Below, one piece after another: positions 27,739 through 37,108 of a stretch of DNA of 64,000 nt. The position numbers and the translations under genes were made by a program. Position 1 is the stretch's first letter. Every line of letters starts with the position of its first letter. This DNA is from Dehalococcoidia bacterium (GTDB taxonomy: Bacteria > Chloroflexota > Dehalococcoidia > UBA6926): NCBI GenBank assembly GCA_965204885.1, contig OZ242019.1, forward strand, positions 924,696 through 988,695, written 5' to 3'. The notes beneath the pieces are model-generated. The model worked only from the letters and a program-made list of their open reading frames with translations, was not told the origin of the DNA and did not search any database.

Positions 27739-29151
27739 TTAGTGGGTGGGAAAGGTGGAGGAGGCGATCTGGATGATGGCTTCGGCGTCCGCGCGGAGCT
27801 TTGCGTCTGCGGAGAGGGCGCGCTCCATGCGGCGGATGCTGTGCATGACGGTGGTGTGGTCGCGGTTGCCAAATGCTTTGCCGATGTATGCCAGGGAGTG
27901 GTCCGTGTGGCGGCTGGCGAGGAAGACGGCGAGATGTCGCGCTTCTGCTGAGGGTCGGGCGCGACTGCGTCCGGTGATGTCTGCCGGGGTCAACTGGCGA
28001 TAGGCTGCCGTTGTGCGGATGATGGCCTCGATTGTGAGAGGAACGGGGTCCGGGCTTGTCGACGCGGCGGAGAGGGCCTGGCGAGCGAGTTCCAGCGTGA
28101 GCGGCTCGTTAAGCAGGGTCGCCTGGGCGACGACACGGGTAAGCTCTCCCTCCAGTTGGTTGATGCTGGAGAACTTCCGTCCGGCCAGGTAGGAGAGGAC
28201 ATCGTCCGGCGTTTCGAGGTCGTAGCGTGCCGCTTTGAAAGCCAGGATGTTGAGGCGTGTGCGCCTGTTTGGGGGCTTGACATCAACGGGCAGGCCCGCG
28301 AGCAACCGGGCGGCAAGTCGGGGATTCCTGAAGGTCAAGGCGTCCGGCGCCCTGTCCGCGGAGACGACGATCTGTTGACCTGCTCGCAGGAGCGCCCCAC
28401 ACGTGTGCAGCAACGCCTCTTCACTCTTGACCTTGCCGCAGATGAACTGAACATCGTCAATCATGAGAATGTCCGGAGAACGGTACCGCTCCCTGAACTC
28501 CGCTGCCGTCTTCTTCTGGATGGACGTGACGTAGTCGTGAACAAACTGCTCGGCTGGCGCGAGAAGCGTGGTACGGCCCTGCCCCTGCGCCTCGTTGGCG
28601 ATCGCGTGAAGCAGATGCGTCTTGCCGAGGCCGGGCGGGCCGTACACGACGAGTGGGTTGTAGTCGCCGTTGTGATCGTTGGCGACCTTCGTCGCGGCAG
28701 CGTAGGCGAGCTTGGTGTTTTCGCCTACGACGAAGCGGTCGAAGGTAAGCTGTGGGTCCGGTCTCGTCCCGATGATGAAAGAGGAACCGCCGCGCGCAGG
28801 CCTCTCGACTGCCGGTTCCTGCGCGGCAGCACGTTCGGCACCGGCCGGCTCAACACGCTGCGCTTGCGGCGCATCGGACGCCACCTCCAGGACGACTGTG
28901 ACAGGGCGCTTGAGAACGTCGGAGACGATACGCTCCATGATGGGAAGCAGGGAGCCCTGGATCCAATGCTGCGCATATTCGCTCGGAACGGAGAGCGTGA
29001 GTTCATCATGCGCGAGGGAAACGCCGGAAGTGCCTGCCAGCCACGTGTTGTACGCGGCTGCGCTCATTTGCTTGCGAAGACGACCAAGGGCCTCTTCCCA
29101 CACATGGCGCACAGGCTGATCGGGCATCGAAACGCTATCCTCCCCCACCAA
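27739..29151 (-). CDS. dnaA: Chromosomal replication initiator DnaA
   Basis: AAA+ Walker A GPPGLGKTHLL and a C-terminal DnaA-box binding domain (HTTVMHSIRRMERAL). Confidence 0.9.
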   Translation of the reverse strand: MVGEDSVSMPDQPVRHVWEEALGRLRKQMSAAAYNTWLAGTSGVSLAHDELTLSVPSEYAQHWIQGSLLPIMERIVSDVLKRPVTVVLEVASDAPQAQRVEPAGAERAAAQEPAVERPARGGSSFIIGTRPDPQLTFDRFVVGENTKLAYAAATKVANDHNGDYNPLVVYGPPGLGKTHLLHAIANEAQGQGRTTLLAPAEQFVHDYVTSIQKKTAAEFRERYRSPDILMIDDVQFICGKVKSEEALLHTCGALLRAGQQIVVSADRAPDALTFRNPRLAARLLAGLPVDVKPPNRRTRLNILAFKAARYDLETPDDVLSYLAGRKFSSINQLEGELTRVVAQATLLNEPLTLELARQALSAASTSPDPVPLTIEAIIRTTAAYRQLTPADITGRSRARPSAEARHLAVFLASRHTDHSLAYIGKAFGNRDHTTVMHSIRRMERALSADAKLRADAEAIIQIASSTFPTH

Positions 29152-29413
29152 GAACGGCTCCGATGGTCTGTGTGACAGCCCTCTGCGAGCGTGGAGGGCA
29201 CGCCGTAGACGGGTAGTGTCGCTGGCGCATCGAGCCGCAAGAACTTACGTTAACACCTGCCAAGAGGAGGGCGTCGAGACGGTAGAAACGCAAACCGTCA
29301 TGGTGCCCACGAATGAGCCAATGGGGGCGGCACCCCCGCCATTGCGGCAGGCTCTCAATACCTCAATAATTCGAGGGTGTCCGTACTGAGGAGCCCGTCC
29401 GCGGCGGAGAAAA

Positions 29414-30385
29414 ATGAAAGAAAATTCCCGGATTATCTTTTGCGGCACCGCTGAGTTCGCCGTGCCGACGCTTGACGCGCTGATGACGTCGGAGAATCGG
29501 CCCGTCGCCGTGCTGACGCGCCCGGACCAGCCGGCGGGCCGCGGCAGGCGGCCGCGGCAATCGCCGGTGAAGGAACGAGCGGAGCAATACGGCCTCGAGG
29601 TGCTGGAGCCAACAACGCTCCGCTCTGAGGAGGAAGCGGAACGAATACGGGCGCTTGAGCCGGCGGTCATCGTGACGGCGGCCTACGGCCTGATTTTCCC
29701 GCGCAACGTGCTGGACATCCCTCCGCGCGGCGCAATCAATATCCATCCGTCGCTCCTGCCGCGTCACCGAGGGCCCGCGCCGGTGGTCTGGACGCTGCTT
29801 GAGGGCGACGAGAACGCGGGCATCAGCATCTTCCTGCTGGAGGAGGGTGTTGATACGGGGCCGCTGCTGAGCCAGCGCGTCGTGCCGATTCGCTCCGGCG
29901 AGACGGCGGGAGAGCTGACTGAACGGCTCTCGCAGTTGGGGGCGTCTCTCCTGGTGGAGACGCTGACGGGCTGGCTTGACGGATCCATAACGCCTGAGGC
30001 CCAGGATCACGACATGGCCACCCAATCACGGATGCTGGATAAGGCAGACGGAACACTCGACTGGAACAGCCCCGCGCAGGAGCTTGAGCGGCGCGTGCTG
30101 GCAATGACGCCGTGGCCGGGCGCGTTCACGACGCTTGCCGGCAAGCGGCTTAACATCCGGCGCGCCATCGCCCTGCCGCCGGAATACGACCCGAGAGGGG
30201 CCGCGCCCGGGCAGGTTGTGCGTCTACGGCGCTCGGAAGACGGCGGGGGCATGGGTGTCGCTATCGGCACCGGCGAGGGGATGCTGGAGCTGCTCGAGGT
30301 GCAGGCGGAGGGGCGGCGGACAATGCCCGCGCGGGATTTTGCGCGAGGCAGCGCGGACTTTATCGGCGCAACGCTGCCGAGCTAG
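29414..30385 (+). CDS. fmt: Methionyl-tRNA formyltransferase
   Basis: Starts IIFCGTAEFAVPTL, has the HPSLLPRHRGPAP formyltransferase motif and a C-terminal Fmt domain. Confidence 0.9.
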   Translation: MKENSRIIFCGTAEFAVPTLDALMTSENRPVAVLTRPDQPAGRGRRPRQSPVKERAEQYGLEVLEPTTLRSEEEAERIRALEPAVIVTAAYGLIFPRNVLDIPPRGAINIHPSLLPRHRGPAPVVWTLLEGDENAGISIFLLEEGVDTGPLLSQRVVPIRSGETAGELTERLSQLGASLLVETLTGWLDGSITPEAQDHDMATQSRMLDKADGTLDWNSPAQELERRVLAMTPWPGAFTTLAGKRLNIRRAIALPPEYDPRGAAPGQVVRLRRSEDGGGMGVAIGTGEGMLELLEVQAEGRRTMPARDFARGSADFIGATLPS

Positions 30386-30441
30386 GAGGAGTCTTCAAAC
30401 ACGGACAGCGCATCAACATGAATGGCTGAATGGAGACTTTA

Positions 30442-30468
30442 GATTCCTCGGCTACGCTCGGAATGACA
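30442..30468. repeat. REP-like palindromic element copy 3 (GATTCCTCGGCTACGCTCGGAATGACA)
   Basis: 26 of 27 nt identical to copy 1. Sits in the fmt/ileS convergent intergenic region. Confidence 0.7.
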
Positions 30469-30483
30469 GAGTCCTCAGCGTGA

Positions 30484-33400
30484 TTACACCTTCTCTACGC
30501 CGATGGTGACGGTGGCTTCGTCGAGCTTGACGGTGTTGGTGGCTGCGCCAGCGCCGGGGGCGGTCTGCAGGATGTCGACCGAGAGGGTTTCCTGCCGGAC
30601 GTAGTCGCCGAAGTCTGACAGCGCGCCCGCGACGCCATCCCCGTCGCCGGTGACATAGGCAGTGATGCGGTCGGAGACGTCCAGGCCGGCGGTGCGGCGC
30701 AGTTCCTGCAGGTGGCGCACGAGTTCACGCGCCAACCCTTCGCGTTCAAGCGCGGTGGTGATTTCCGTATTCAGCGCGACGGTGTGGATGCCCTCCGAGC
30801 CGGAGATAAAACCTTCGCGGTCGGATGTATCGACCAGCAGGTCCTCGTGCGACAGATCGAAACCGGCCAGTTCCTGCGATTGCTCATCGCGGACGCGCGC
30901 GGCGACGGTGTTGAGGTCGGCATCAGACAGGCCCTCGATGTGGGTGGTCAGCTTCGGTAGTTCTCCACCGAGGCGGCGTCCGAGATTCTGGAGATTGGGA
31001 CGGACGCGGACGGAGAGGAACGCGGACTCATCATCAACAGGACGTACCGCCTTGACGTTCAACTCTTCCAGCAGTTGGTCTTCGATGCGCGCCAGCGATT
31101 CGCGGTCGGCTCGGCCGGGCAGCATGACCAGCATCTCCTGCAGGGGCTGGCGGACCTTGATCTGCGCGCGGCCTCGCACGGCGCGTCCCAGGCTGGAGAG
31201 GCGCATGGCGAGGCGAACGTCCGCTTCGATAGTCTCATCGCGCAGCCCATCGTCCACCTGCGGCCATTCAGCGAGGTGAACGCTCTCCGGCTCATCGTCA
31301 GTGAGAGAGGAGACCAAGTTGCGGTGCATGTGCTCCGCGACGAACGGCGTGAACGGCGCGAGCAAGCTTGAAAGCGTCGTCAGGGCTTTGTAGAGCGTGT
31401 GGTAGGCGGCGGCCTTGTCGGTGTCGTTGTCGGACTTCCAGAAGCGGCGGCGGTTGCGCCGTACGTACCACGTGGACAGCTCATCCACGAACGACTCGAT
31501 CGCGTGGGTCGCCTCCATCACCTCGTAGCGCTCCATGGCGTCGGTTACGGAGGCGATGAGTCCCTGCAGGCGTGAAACGAGCCAGCGGTCAAGGAGCGGT
31601 CGATCTGATAGCGGCGGCGCGGGTGTTGAGACGGGGTCAAAGCCGTCCACGTTGGCATAGGTCACGAAGAAGCTGTAGGTGTTCCACAACGGCAGCAGGA
31701 AGCGGCGGACGGTGTCCCCGACGAGGTTGGCGGAGAAGCGGCGGGCGTTGCCGGGCGTGGAGGCGGTGTACATGTACCAGCGCAGGGCGTCCGCGCCACG
31801 TGCTTCAAGGATGTCCCACGGCTCCACAACGTTGCCGCGCGACTTGGACATCTTCTCGCCGTCACCATCAAGGATGTGGCCGAGCGAGAGGACGTTCTTG
31901 TAGGCGGGGCGGTCAAAGAGCAGGACGGCGAGCGCATGCAGCGTGTAGAACCAGCCGCGTGTCTGGTCGACGCCCTCGCAGATATAGTCCGCCATCTGCT
32001 GCTGCTCAAAGGCATCTGTGTTCTCGAACGGGTAATGCCACTGGGCGACGGGCATCGCGCCTGAGTCGTACCAGGCGTCCATCACCTCGGGAATGCGGCG
32101 CTTCGTGCCGTCGCAGCCCTCGCAGCTAAAGGTCACGTCATCGATGAAGGGGCGATGGAGATCCATGCCAGCTGTGTAGCCCGCAAGGCCCGGTTGCCCG
32201 GCCAACTGCTCAATGCTACCGATGGGTGTCGCATCGTCGCAGCCGTCGCAGAGCCACAGCGGGATGGGCGTGCCCCAGTAACGCTCACGTGAAAGCGCCC
32301 AATCAACGTTATTCTGCAGCCATTCGCCGAACCGGCCCTCGCCGATGTGCTCAGGAACCCAGCCGATCTCACGGTTGGCGGAGATGAGCCTGTCCTTGAG
32401 GGCGGTTGTGCGGATGTACCAGGACTCCTTGGCGTAGTAGAGGAGCGGCGCGTCACAGCGCCAGCAGAAGGGATAGGTGTGTTCGAGGGCGCCGCCGCGC
32501 AGGAGCAGGCCGCGCTCATCCATGTCCGCAGCGATGTCAGGGTCGGCGTCCTTGAAGAATTTGCCCGACCAGGGGACATTCTCGTACTCGAGCATTGCGC
32601 CATCGATGTTGACGGTGTGGACGACGGGCAGACCCTCGGCATTGCCAACGCTGAGGTCCTCCGCGCCGTACGCGGGCGCGATGTGGACGATGCCGGTGCC
32701 CTCGGTAAGCAGGACGAAATCAGCAGAAACGACCTTGCCCGCGTAGCCGTCCGGCACCGCATAGTCAAAGAGCGGCTCATATGTGAGGCCGACCAACTCC
32801 CTGCCGGAGAATTCGCCGACGATTTCATAGTCGCCCTCAAGCGCCTGATCGGTGAGCGCGTCCGCAACAATCAGCCGTTCCTTGCCGCCGTCCTTGCCCC
32901 ATGGGCCCTCGGCGATGACGTAGCGCGCGCCGACGGCGACGGCGAGACCGGTGTTGCCGGGCAGCGTCCACGGGGTCGTCGTCCATGCAAGCAGGTAGGC
33001 AGGCGAGCCGTCACCACCCAACAAGTCATGTGACTTGTCACTGTCCTGGATGCGGAACTTGACGTGGACGGAGGGGTCTTCTGCGTCGTCCTTGTAGCCC
33101 AGGGCGACCTCATGGGAACTCAGGGACGTGACGCAACGCGGGCAGTGCGGCGTGACGCGATAGCCCTGGTAGATGAGGTCCTTGTCCCAAAGCTGATCGA
33201 AGATCCACCAACCGGACTCGATGTACTCATTGGAGTAGGTGACGTACGGGTCGTCCATGTCGACCCAGAAAGCGATGCGCTCGGACAGGGATTCCCAGTC
33301 CTGCACGTATCGGAAGACGCTCTCCTTGCACTTCTCGTTGAATTTCGCGATGCCGTAGGCTTCGATGTCACGCTTGGTGGAGAGGTTGAGTTCCGCCTCG

Positions 33401-33690
33401 ACGGCGAGTTCCACCGGCAAACCGTGCGTGTCCCAGCCGCCCTTGCGGGGCACCTGGTAGCCCTGCATGGTCTTGAAGCGGGGAATGACATCCTTGAAGA
33501 CTCGGGCGAGGACGTGGTGGACGCCGGGCGCGCCGTTGGCCGTCGGCGGGCCCTCGAAGAACGTGAAGATCGGCCTGTGCTCGCGCTCCCGGATGGAGCG
33601 GCGAAAGATGTCCTTGTCCTTCCAGAATTGCAGAACGTCCCGTTCCATGTCTGGAAACGAGACCTTGCTGGATACCGGCGAAAAAGGCAT
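30484..33690 (-). CDS. ileS: Isoleucyl-tRNA synthetase
   Basis: 1068 aa with a HIGH-type motif (PPTANGAPGVHH) and KMSKS, plus the CP1 editing domain. The C-terminus lacks the zinc finger. Confidence 0.9.
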   Translation of the reverse strand: MPFSPVSSKVSFPDMERDVLQFWKDKDIFRRSIREREHRPIFTFFEGPPTANGAPGVHHVLARVFKDVIPRFKTMQGYQVPRKGGWDTHGLPVELAVEAELNLSTKRDIEAYGIAKFNEKCKESVFRYVQDWESLSERIAFWVDMDDPYVTYSNEYIESGWWIFDQLWDKDLIYQGYRVTPHCPRCVTSLSSHEVALGYKDDAEDPSVHVKFRIQDSDKSHDLLGGDGSPAYLLAWTTTPWTLPGNTGLAVAVGARYVIAEGPWGKDGGKERLIVADALTDQALEGDYEIVGEFSGRELVGLTYEPLFDYAVPDGYAGKVVSADFVLLTEGTGIVHIAPAYGAEDLSVGNAEGLPVVHTVNIDGAMLEYENVPWSGKFFKDADPDIAADMDERGLLLRGGALEHTYPFCWRCDAPLLYYAKESWYIRTTALKDRLISANREIGWVPEHIGEGRFGEWLQNNVDWALSRERYWGTPIPLWLCDGCDDATPIGSIEQLAGQPGLAGYTAGMDLHRPFIDDVTFSCEGCDGTKRRIPEVMDAWYDSGAMPVAQWHYPFENTDAFEQQQMADYICEGVDQTRGWFYTLHALAVLLFDRPAYKNVLSLGHILDGDGEKMSKSRGNVVEPWDILEARGADALRWYMYTASTPGNARRFSANLVGDTVRRFLLPLWNTYSFFVTYANVDGFDPVSTPAPPLSDRPLLDRWLVSRLQGLIASVTDAMERYEVMEATHAIESFVDELSTWYVRRNRRRFWKSDNDTDKAAAYHTLYKALTTLSSLLAPFTPFVAEHMHRNLVSSLTDDEPESVHLAEWPQVDDGLRDETIEADVRLAMRLSSLGRAVRGRAQIKVRQPLQEMLVMLPGRADRESLARIEDQLLEELNVKAVRPVDDESAFLSVRVRPNLQNLGRRLGGELPKLTTHIEGLSDADLNTVAARVRDEQSQELAGFDLSHEDLLVDTSDREGFISGSEGIHTVALNTEITTALEREGLARELVRHLQELRRTAGLDVSDRITAYVTGDGDGVAGALSDFGDYVRQETLSVDILQTAPGAGAATNTVKLDEATVTIGVEKV

Positions 33691-33869
33691 TAGTCGTCTA
33701 CCTACCTGCTATTTCTTGAGTCGTTTGGTCTCGGGAAGGCCCGAATTGACAATCCATTGTGGAAAACGGCAATCGGCAACGTCAAGGTTTTCTCGGCTCG
33801 CGATCAGTGATCCGATAATCTTTGTGAACGAGTGAATGAGTCGGCCACCTGCGCCCTGTCAGGAAGGAT

Positions 33870-34595
33870 TCAGTTGCCGTTGATGAGGGTACGCAAATTC
33901 GGAGCCAATTGATCCAAACCGAACCAGTTTGAGTCGTCCTGCATCAATATGGCTGGAGTACGCGGCAGCATACCGTTCTCGTCGGCGATGGTTACTGGCA
34001 GGCAAGCTCGCCAGTCGTCGTAGGCATGACGCCGGATTTCTGCCTCGTTAGTCACACCATAGAAGGATCGAAGCCATTCGATTGCCTCCTCAGCTTCGAT
34101 GAGAGGTAGGCCACGATCCTGTGTTTTTCCCCGGAAGACGGCATTGGATACATTGCAGAGGAGCACATCAAAGTCTCCAACCTCATAGCGGTCGTTGCCT
34201 GCTGTCGCTTTTGAGAGGTTACTCCGTGAGCGATGACATTTGACCCGAAAATGCGGAGCCTTTGTCTGGCGTGTCCCGATGCTGAAGCTCGCACGAACGG
34301 CATTCTTAGTCTCGGCACGTAGACGTGTTCCCGTACGCCGGTAAGTAATGCTCACGTCCGCATCCCTAGTTCCGGGCTGAGGGTTCAGATTTAGCTTCTC
34401 AACTAGCCAATCCCTGGGGTCTAGTGCCTGCTTCAGAACCGCTGCACCGATGTATTCCGTCGCCTTGCCCCTAATCATGGGCAGGACCTTCTGATCTTCG
34501 AGAATGTCTACGATATTTTCTCGAGGAATATTGTAGGTGTCGCAGTATTCGCTCAGGCTAGCATAAATCCTGTTTATATCATCTTGGTTAGGCAT
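33870..34595 (-). CDS. Putative Type II restriction endonuclease (PD-(D/E)xK), the partner of the adjacent adenine methyltransferase
   Basis: 241-aa ORF overlapping the MTase stop by 8 bp. Candidate catalytic motif D..(14)..ETK sits inside RDADVSITYRRTGTRLRAETK. GC content is about 50% against about 65% in the flanks. Confidence 0.5.
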   Translation of the reverse strand: MPNQDDINRIYASLSEYCDTYNIPRENIVDILEDQKVLPMIRGKATEYIGAAVLKQALDPRDWLVEKLNLNPQPGTRDADVSITYRRTGTRLRAETKNAVRASFSIGTRQTKAPHFRVKCHRSRSNLSKATAGNDRYEVGDFDVLLCNVSNAVFRGKTQDRGLPLIEAEEAIEWLRSFYGVTNEAEIRRHAYDDWRACLPVTIADENGMLPRTPAILMQDDSNWFGLDQLAPNLRTLINGN

Positions 34596-35451
34596 GATAG
34601 TTCCTTATGAACAACTCACGCCCCTTGCCTCTGACACCACGGAATCCGTCCTTGAGTTGGAAGCCATTGCGCTGATCATCTGTACGGCTGATCGTGTAGT
34701 TCCATTCCTTGTTGCTGACTGACTCTACCCATTCGTACAAGTTCCACACATCAGGGTGGTCGTCATAGGTCAGAAGAAAACGTAAGCGCTCTGAGTTACG
34801 CCGTAGGCAATCAGAAAGGCGCCGATGGTCCTCCAGTGTGAAGGTGCACTCGTAGAACTTCCCTTGGTCGGCCTTATAGTACGGAGGGTCTACGAAAGTG
34901 AAAGCGCCGTCAGGCAGCGAGTCGATTACACTCTCAAAATCTATGCTCGTGAGCTCAACCCCCTGAAGCTTATCTGATACCGTCCTCAAATGAGGTGGCC
35001 AATTTTCAGGACACATCGAGTACTTTCGCCCGTAACCCCAGTAGCAGTTCTCGCGTCGCATGATGCCGGAGTAGGACGTACGGTTGAGGTAATACCATCG
35101 GAACGCACGTGTCAGTCCATCAACGGGCCGGTAAACGTCCTTGTAAAAAGTGTGATTTTCCTTCGTGGCTGGGATGCCATCCAGCAACGCGATTAAGTCT
35201 TCAACACGGTCGCGAATGTGCCGCAGAGTGTTCATGACCCCTTCGTCAAGATCGTTCAGTGTCGTGTATTGGACAGATGGTTTGGCGAAAAAAACGCTTG
35301 CTCCGCCCGCAAAGGGCTCACAATAGACGTCATGTTCAGGAATCTCAGACAGGATCAGCTTTCGCGCATAGAACTTTCCCCCTGGGTAGCGGAATGGTGA
35401 GTTTGAAAGCCCCGAGCGTGGGAGGAAACCGTCGAGAAGGCTCTCCTGCAT
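34588..35451 (-). CDS. D12-class (Dam-like) DNA N6-adenine methyltransferase
   Basis: Motifs FRYPGGK, EPFAGGASVFF (motif I) and DPPY (motif IV) appear in alpha-class order. Start set at ATG 35451, preceded by GGAGGAAG. The gene is low in GC. Confidence 0.8.
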   Translation of the reverse strand: MQESLLDGFLPRSGLSNSPFRYPGGKFYARKLILSEIPEHDVYCEPFAGGASVFFAKPSVQYTTLNDLDEGVMNTLRHIRDRVEDLIALLDGIPATKENHTFYKDVYRPVDGLTRAFRWYYLNRTSYSGIMRRENCYWGYGRKYSMCPENWPPHLRTVSDKLQGVELTSIDFESVIDSLPDGAFTFVDPPYYKADQGKFYECTFTLEDHRRLSDCLRRNSERLRFLLTYDDHPDVWNLYEWVESVSNKEWNYTISRTDDQRNGFQLKDGFRGVRGKGRELFIRNYHA

Positions 35452-35581
35452 AATTGCCACGACTTCCTCCCCGTATCTGTACCAATATATATGCAAAAGT
35501 AACACATATGAGCCGAAATTACACATGCTGACAAATCAAGTCGTAAATTGTGTTCCCGCGTCGGCGGCATGTGAGGTTCTG

Positions 35582-35821
35582 CTACCACGATGTCGGGCTC
35601 TGGGGCGGGAGTGTTGACGGTTCTTCGTCCGGCAAGCGCCCGAAGGCGAAGTAGGCCAGCGCGCCGGGCAGGAGGAGCAGGATGACGATAACCCAGAGCC
35701 AACGGTTGCCGCCGCGCACCCGCTTGCGCTTTCCGAGATCGCGTCCCGCGGCAACCTGAACGGCGATCTGAACGGCCACATAGGCCAGCAGGACCACCAG
35801 GATGAGGACGGCCTCAGACAT
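35582..35821 (-). CDS. Small membrane protein resembling the PLD nuclease N-terminal (PLDc_N) domain
   Basis: 79 aa with two TM helices. Carries the YxxxGR and WxxVILLLPxxGxxxYxxxGR pattern seen in PLDc_N/cardiolipin-synthase N-terminal-like small proteins. Confidence 0.5.
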   Translation of the reverse strand: MSEAVLILVVLLAYVAVQIAVQVAAGRDLGKRKRVRGGNRWLWVIVILLLLPGALAYFAFGRLPDEEPSTLPPQSPTSW

Positions 35822-35832
35822 GGCGGAGATTC

Positions 35833-36147
35833 CTACTCAACAACGACGGCGGTGCCGTAGGCAAGCAACTCAGCCGCGCCGGACATGACCATCGACGTGG
35901 AGAATCGCAGCGCGATGACGGCGTTCGCGCCCATCTCCTCGGCTCGTTGGCTCATGCGGTCAAGGGCTTCCGCCCGTGATTCCGCCATGAGCTTGGCGTA
36001 TTCCGGAACCTCTCCGCCCACGATGTTGCGGAAGGCGGCGGTGATGTCACGGCCCACGTTGCGGGCGCGGACGGAGTTGCCGTAGACGATGCCCTTCGTC
36101 TCCGTGATGGTCTTGCCCGGAATGTCGTTTGCAGTAACGGTGATCAC
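35833..36147 (-). CDS. YbjQ/UPF0145 family protein
   Basis: 104-aa protein with the ITETKGIVYGNSVRARNVGRDITA...GANAVIALRF pattern typical of YbjQ (DUF74). Confidence 0.8.
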   Translation of the reverse strand: MITVTANDIPGKTITETKGIVYGNSVRARNVGRDITAAFRNIVGGEVPEYAKLMAESRAEALDRMSQRAEEMGANAVIALRFSTSMVMSGAAELLAYGTAVVVE

Positions 36148-36374
36148 GGTTCTGCCTCCTCATACCGTCGCGCGTCGGAGCGGTTTCTCTCGCGCAGCCG
36201 ATCCCAGATGGCCTTGACCAGAAGCACAAGCGCGCCGACTACGAAGGTCGGCATGCCAATCCTGATGATGATGGGGACTTCGTCCACGAGGACGATGAAT
36301 CGGATAAGGGCATATGCCGCATAGCCGCCGATCATCACGGCACCCACCAGCAGCAACGTCAGGCCCAGATTCAT
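36144..36374 (-). CDS. Small hypothetical membrane protein
   Basis: 76 aa with two predicted TM helices. Its stop overlaps the YbjQ start by 4 bp. Confidence 0.5.
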   Translation of the reverse strand: MNLGLTLLLVGAVMIGGYAAYALIRFIVLVDEVPIIIRIGMPTFVVGALVLLVKAIWDRLRERNRSDARRYEEAEP

Positions 36375-36425
36375 AGCAGTGTGTCCTCCGCCTACGTCAC
36401 ATGATACGCGGCGCGAGTCCCCGAA

Positions 36426-37106
36426 TCAGGGGTTTGTTTCAACGGCAATGATGGCCTCACGGGTGGGGAGGCTCTCGACTGAGAACTCGGAGGGCGGCGG
36501 CAGCAGCGCGGCGGCGGCGGCCGCGAACCTTGCTGCCGACAAGGCATCCCGCGTTTCCGTGAGACGAACCAGGAAAATCGCCGCCACCGCGGAGAGGATG
36601 CGTGAATCGGAAGGACGCGCCACGCCAACGACCTGCCAGCCCCCCTGCCACCAGAGGCGGACGCCCGCATCCGTCCCAACTGAAAGCGCGATGGGCGCCG
36701 GAATGATCGCGGACGGCGAGGGCAAGTCGCCCTCCTCGAGAAACAGCGCGCCGACTCCGGGCGGGACAACGCCACCCGCAAGAGACAGCGAGCCGTTCTG
36801 CAGGAACGCACGCGCCACGAGGCCAATAAGTGAGCGGCTAAAGCGCCCGAGGGTGGCGGAATCTACCTCGTCGCCCTCCGGGGCAACGAGAAGAACCTCG
36901 GTATCGAGCCACGTGTACGGCACATGTTCCGAGCTGATGCGCGTTGTGTCTGCGGCGACAATCTGAACATCGGCCAGATCTGTGGGATTGGTGTTATTGG
37001 CCAGCAGTCCGGTTGAACGGCCGAGTTTGGCTGCGGCCAACGCTGCATAGACGGCGGGCGAGCCGGCCCCGCCTACCGCGACGAAATCAGGATGACTGAA
37101 AGCCAC
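36426..37106 (-). CDS. Hypothetical protein, possibly a degenerate PfkB/ribokinase-like domain
   Basis: 226-aa Ala-rich ORF with N-terminal GG-like (FVAVGGAGSPA) and C-terminal GTDAG motifs loosely resembling PfkB kinases. It is shorter than true kinases. Coding status is supported by length and the single-frame open reading only. Confidence 0.35.
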   Translation of the reverse strand: MAFSHPDFVAVGGAGSPAVYAALAAAKLGRSTGLLANNTNPTDLADVQIVAADTTRISSEHVPYTWLDTEVLLVAPEGDEVDSATLGRFSRSLIGLVARAFLQNGSLSLAGGVVPPGVGALFLEEGDLPSPSAIIPAPIALSVGTDAGVRLWWQGGWQVVGVARPSDSRILSAVAAIFLVRLTETRDALSAARFAAAAAALLPPPSEFSVESLPTREAIIAVETNP

Positions 37107-37108
37107 AA

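Larger units (their letters stand above)
33870..35560. mobile_element. Low-GC Type II R-M cassette (horizontally acquired islet, no mobility genes visible)
   Basis: GC is about 50% across the two genes and the AT-rich upstream region (35452-35560), against about 65% in ileS and downstream genes. The two genes overlap in operon-style arrangement. Confidence 0.5.

Noticed and set aside
28156-29175. 339-aa + strand ORF
   Set aside because: It is antisense to dnaA.
29152-29413. DnaA boxes / oriC immediately upstream of dnaA
   Set aside because: The region is GC-rich with at most one GTGGA-core match and no AT-rich unwinding element. The phased iteron cluster at 24206-24322 is a better origin candidate.
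33691-33869. Possible T-box leader upstream of ileS
   Set aside because: I reverse-complemented the 5' region and looked for the T-box consensus AAUUAGGGUGGNACCGCG and a specifier loop, and found neither. The region is more likely a plain 5' UTR plus the R-M cassette border. A covariance-model scan (Rfam RF00230) would settle it.
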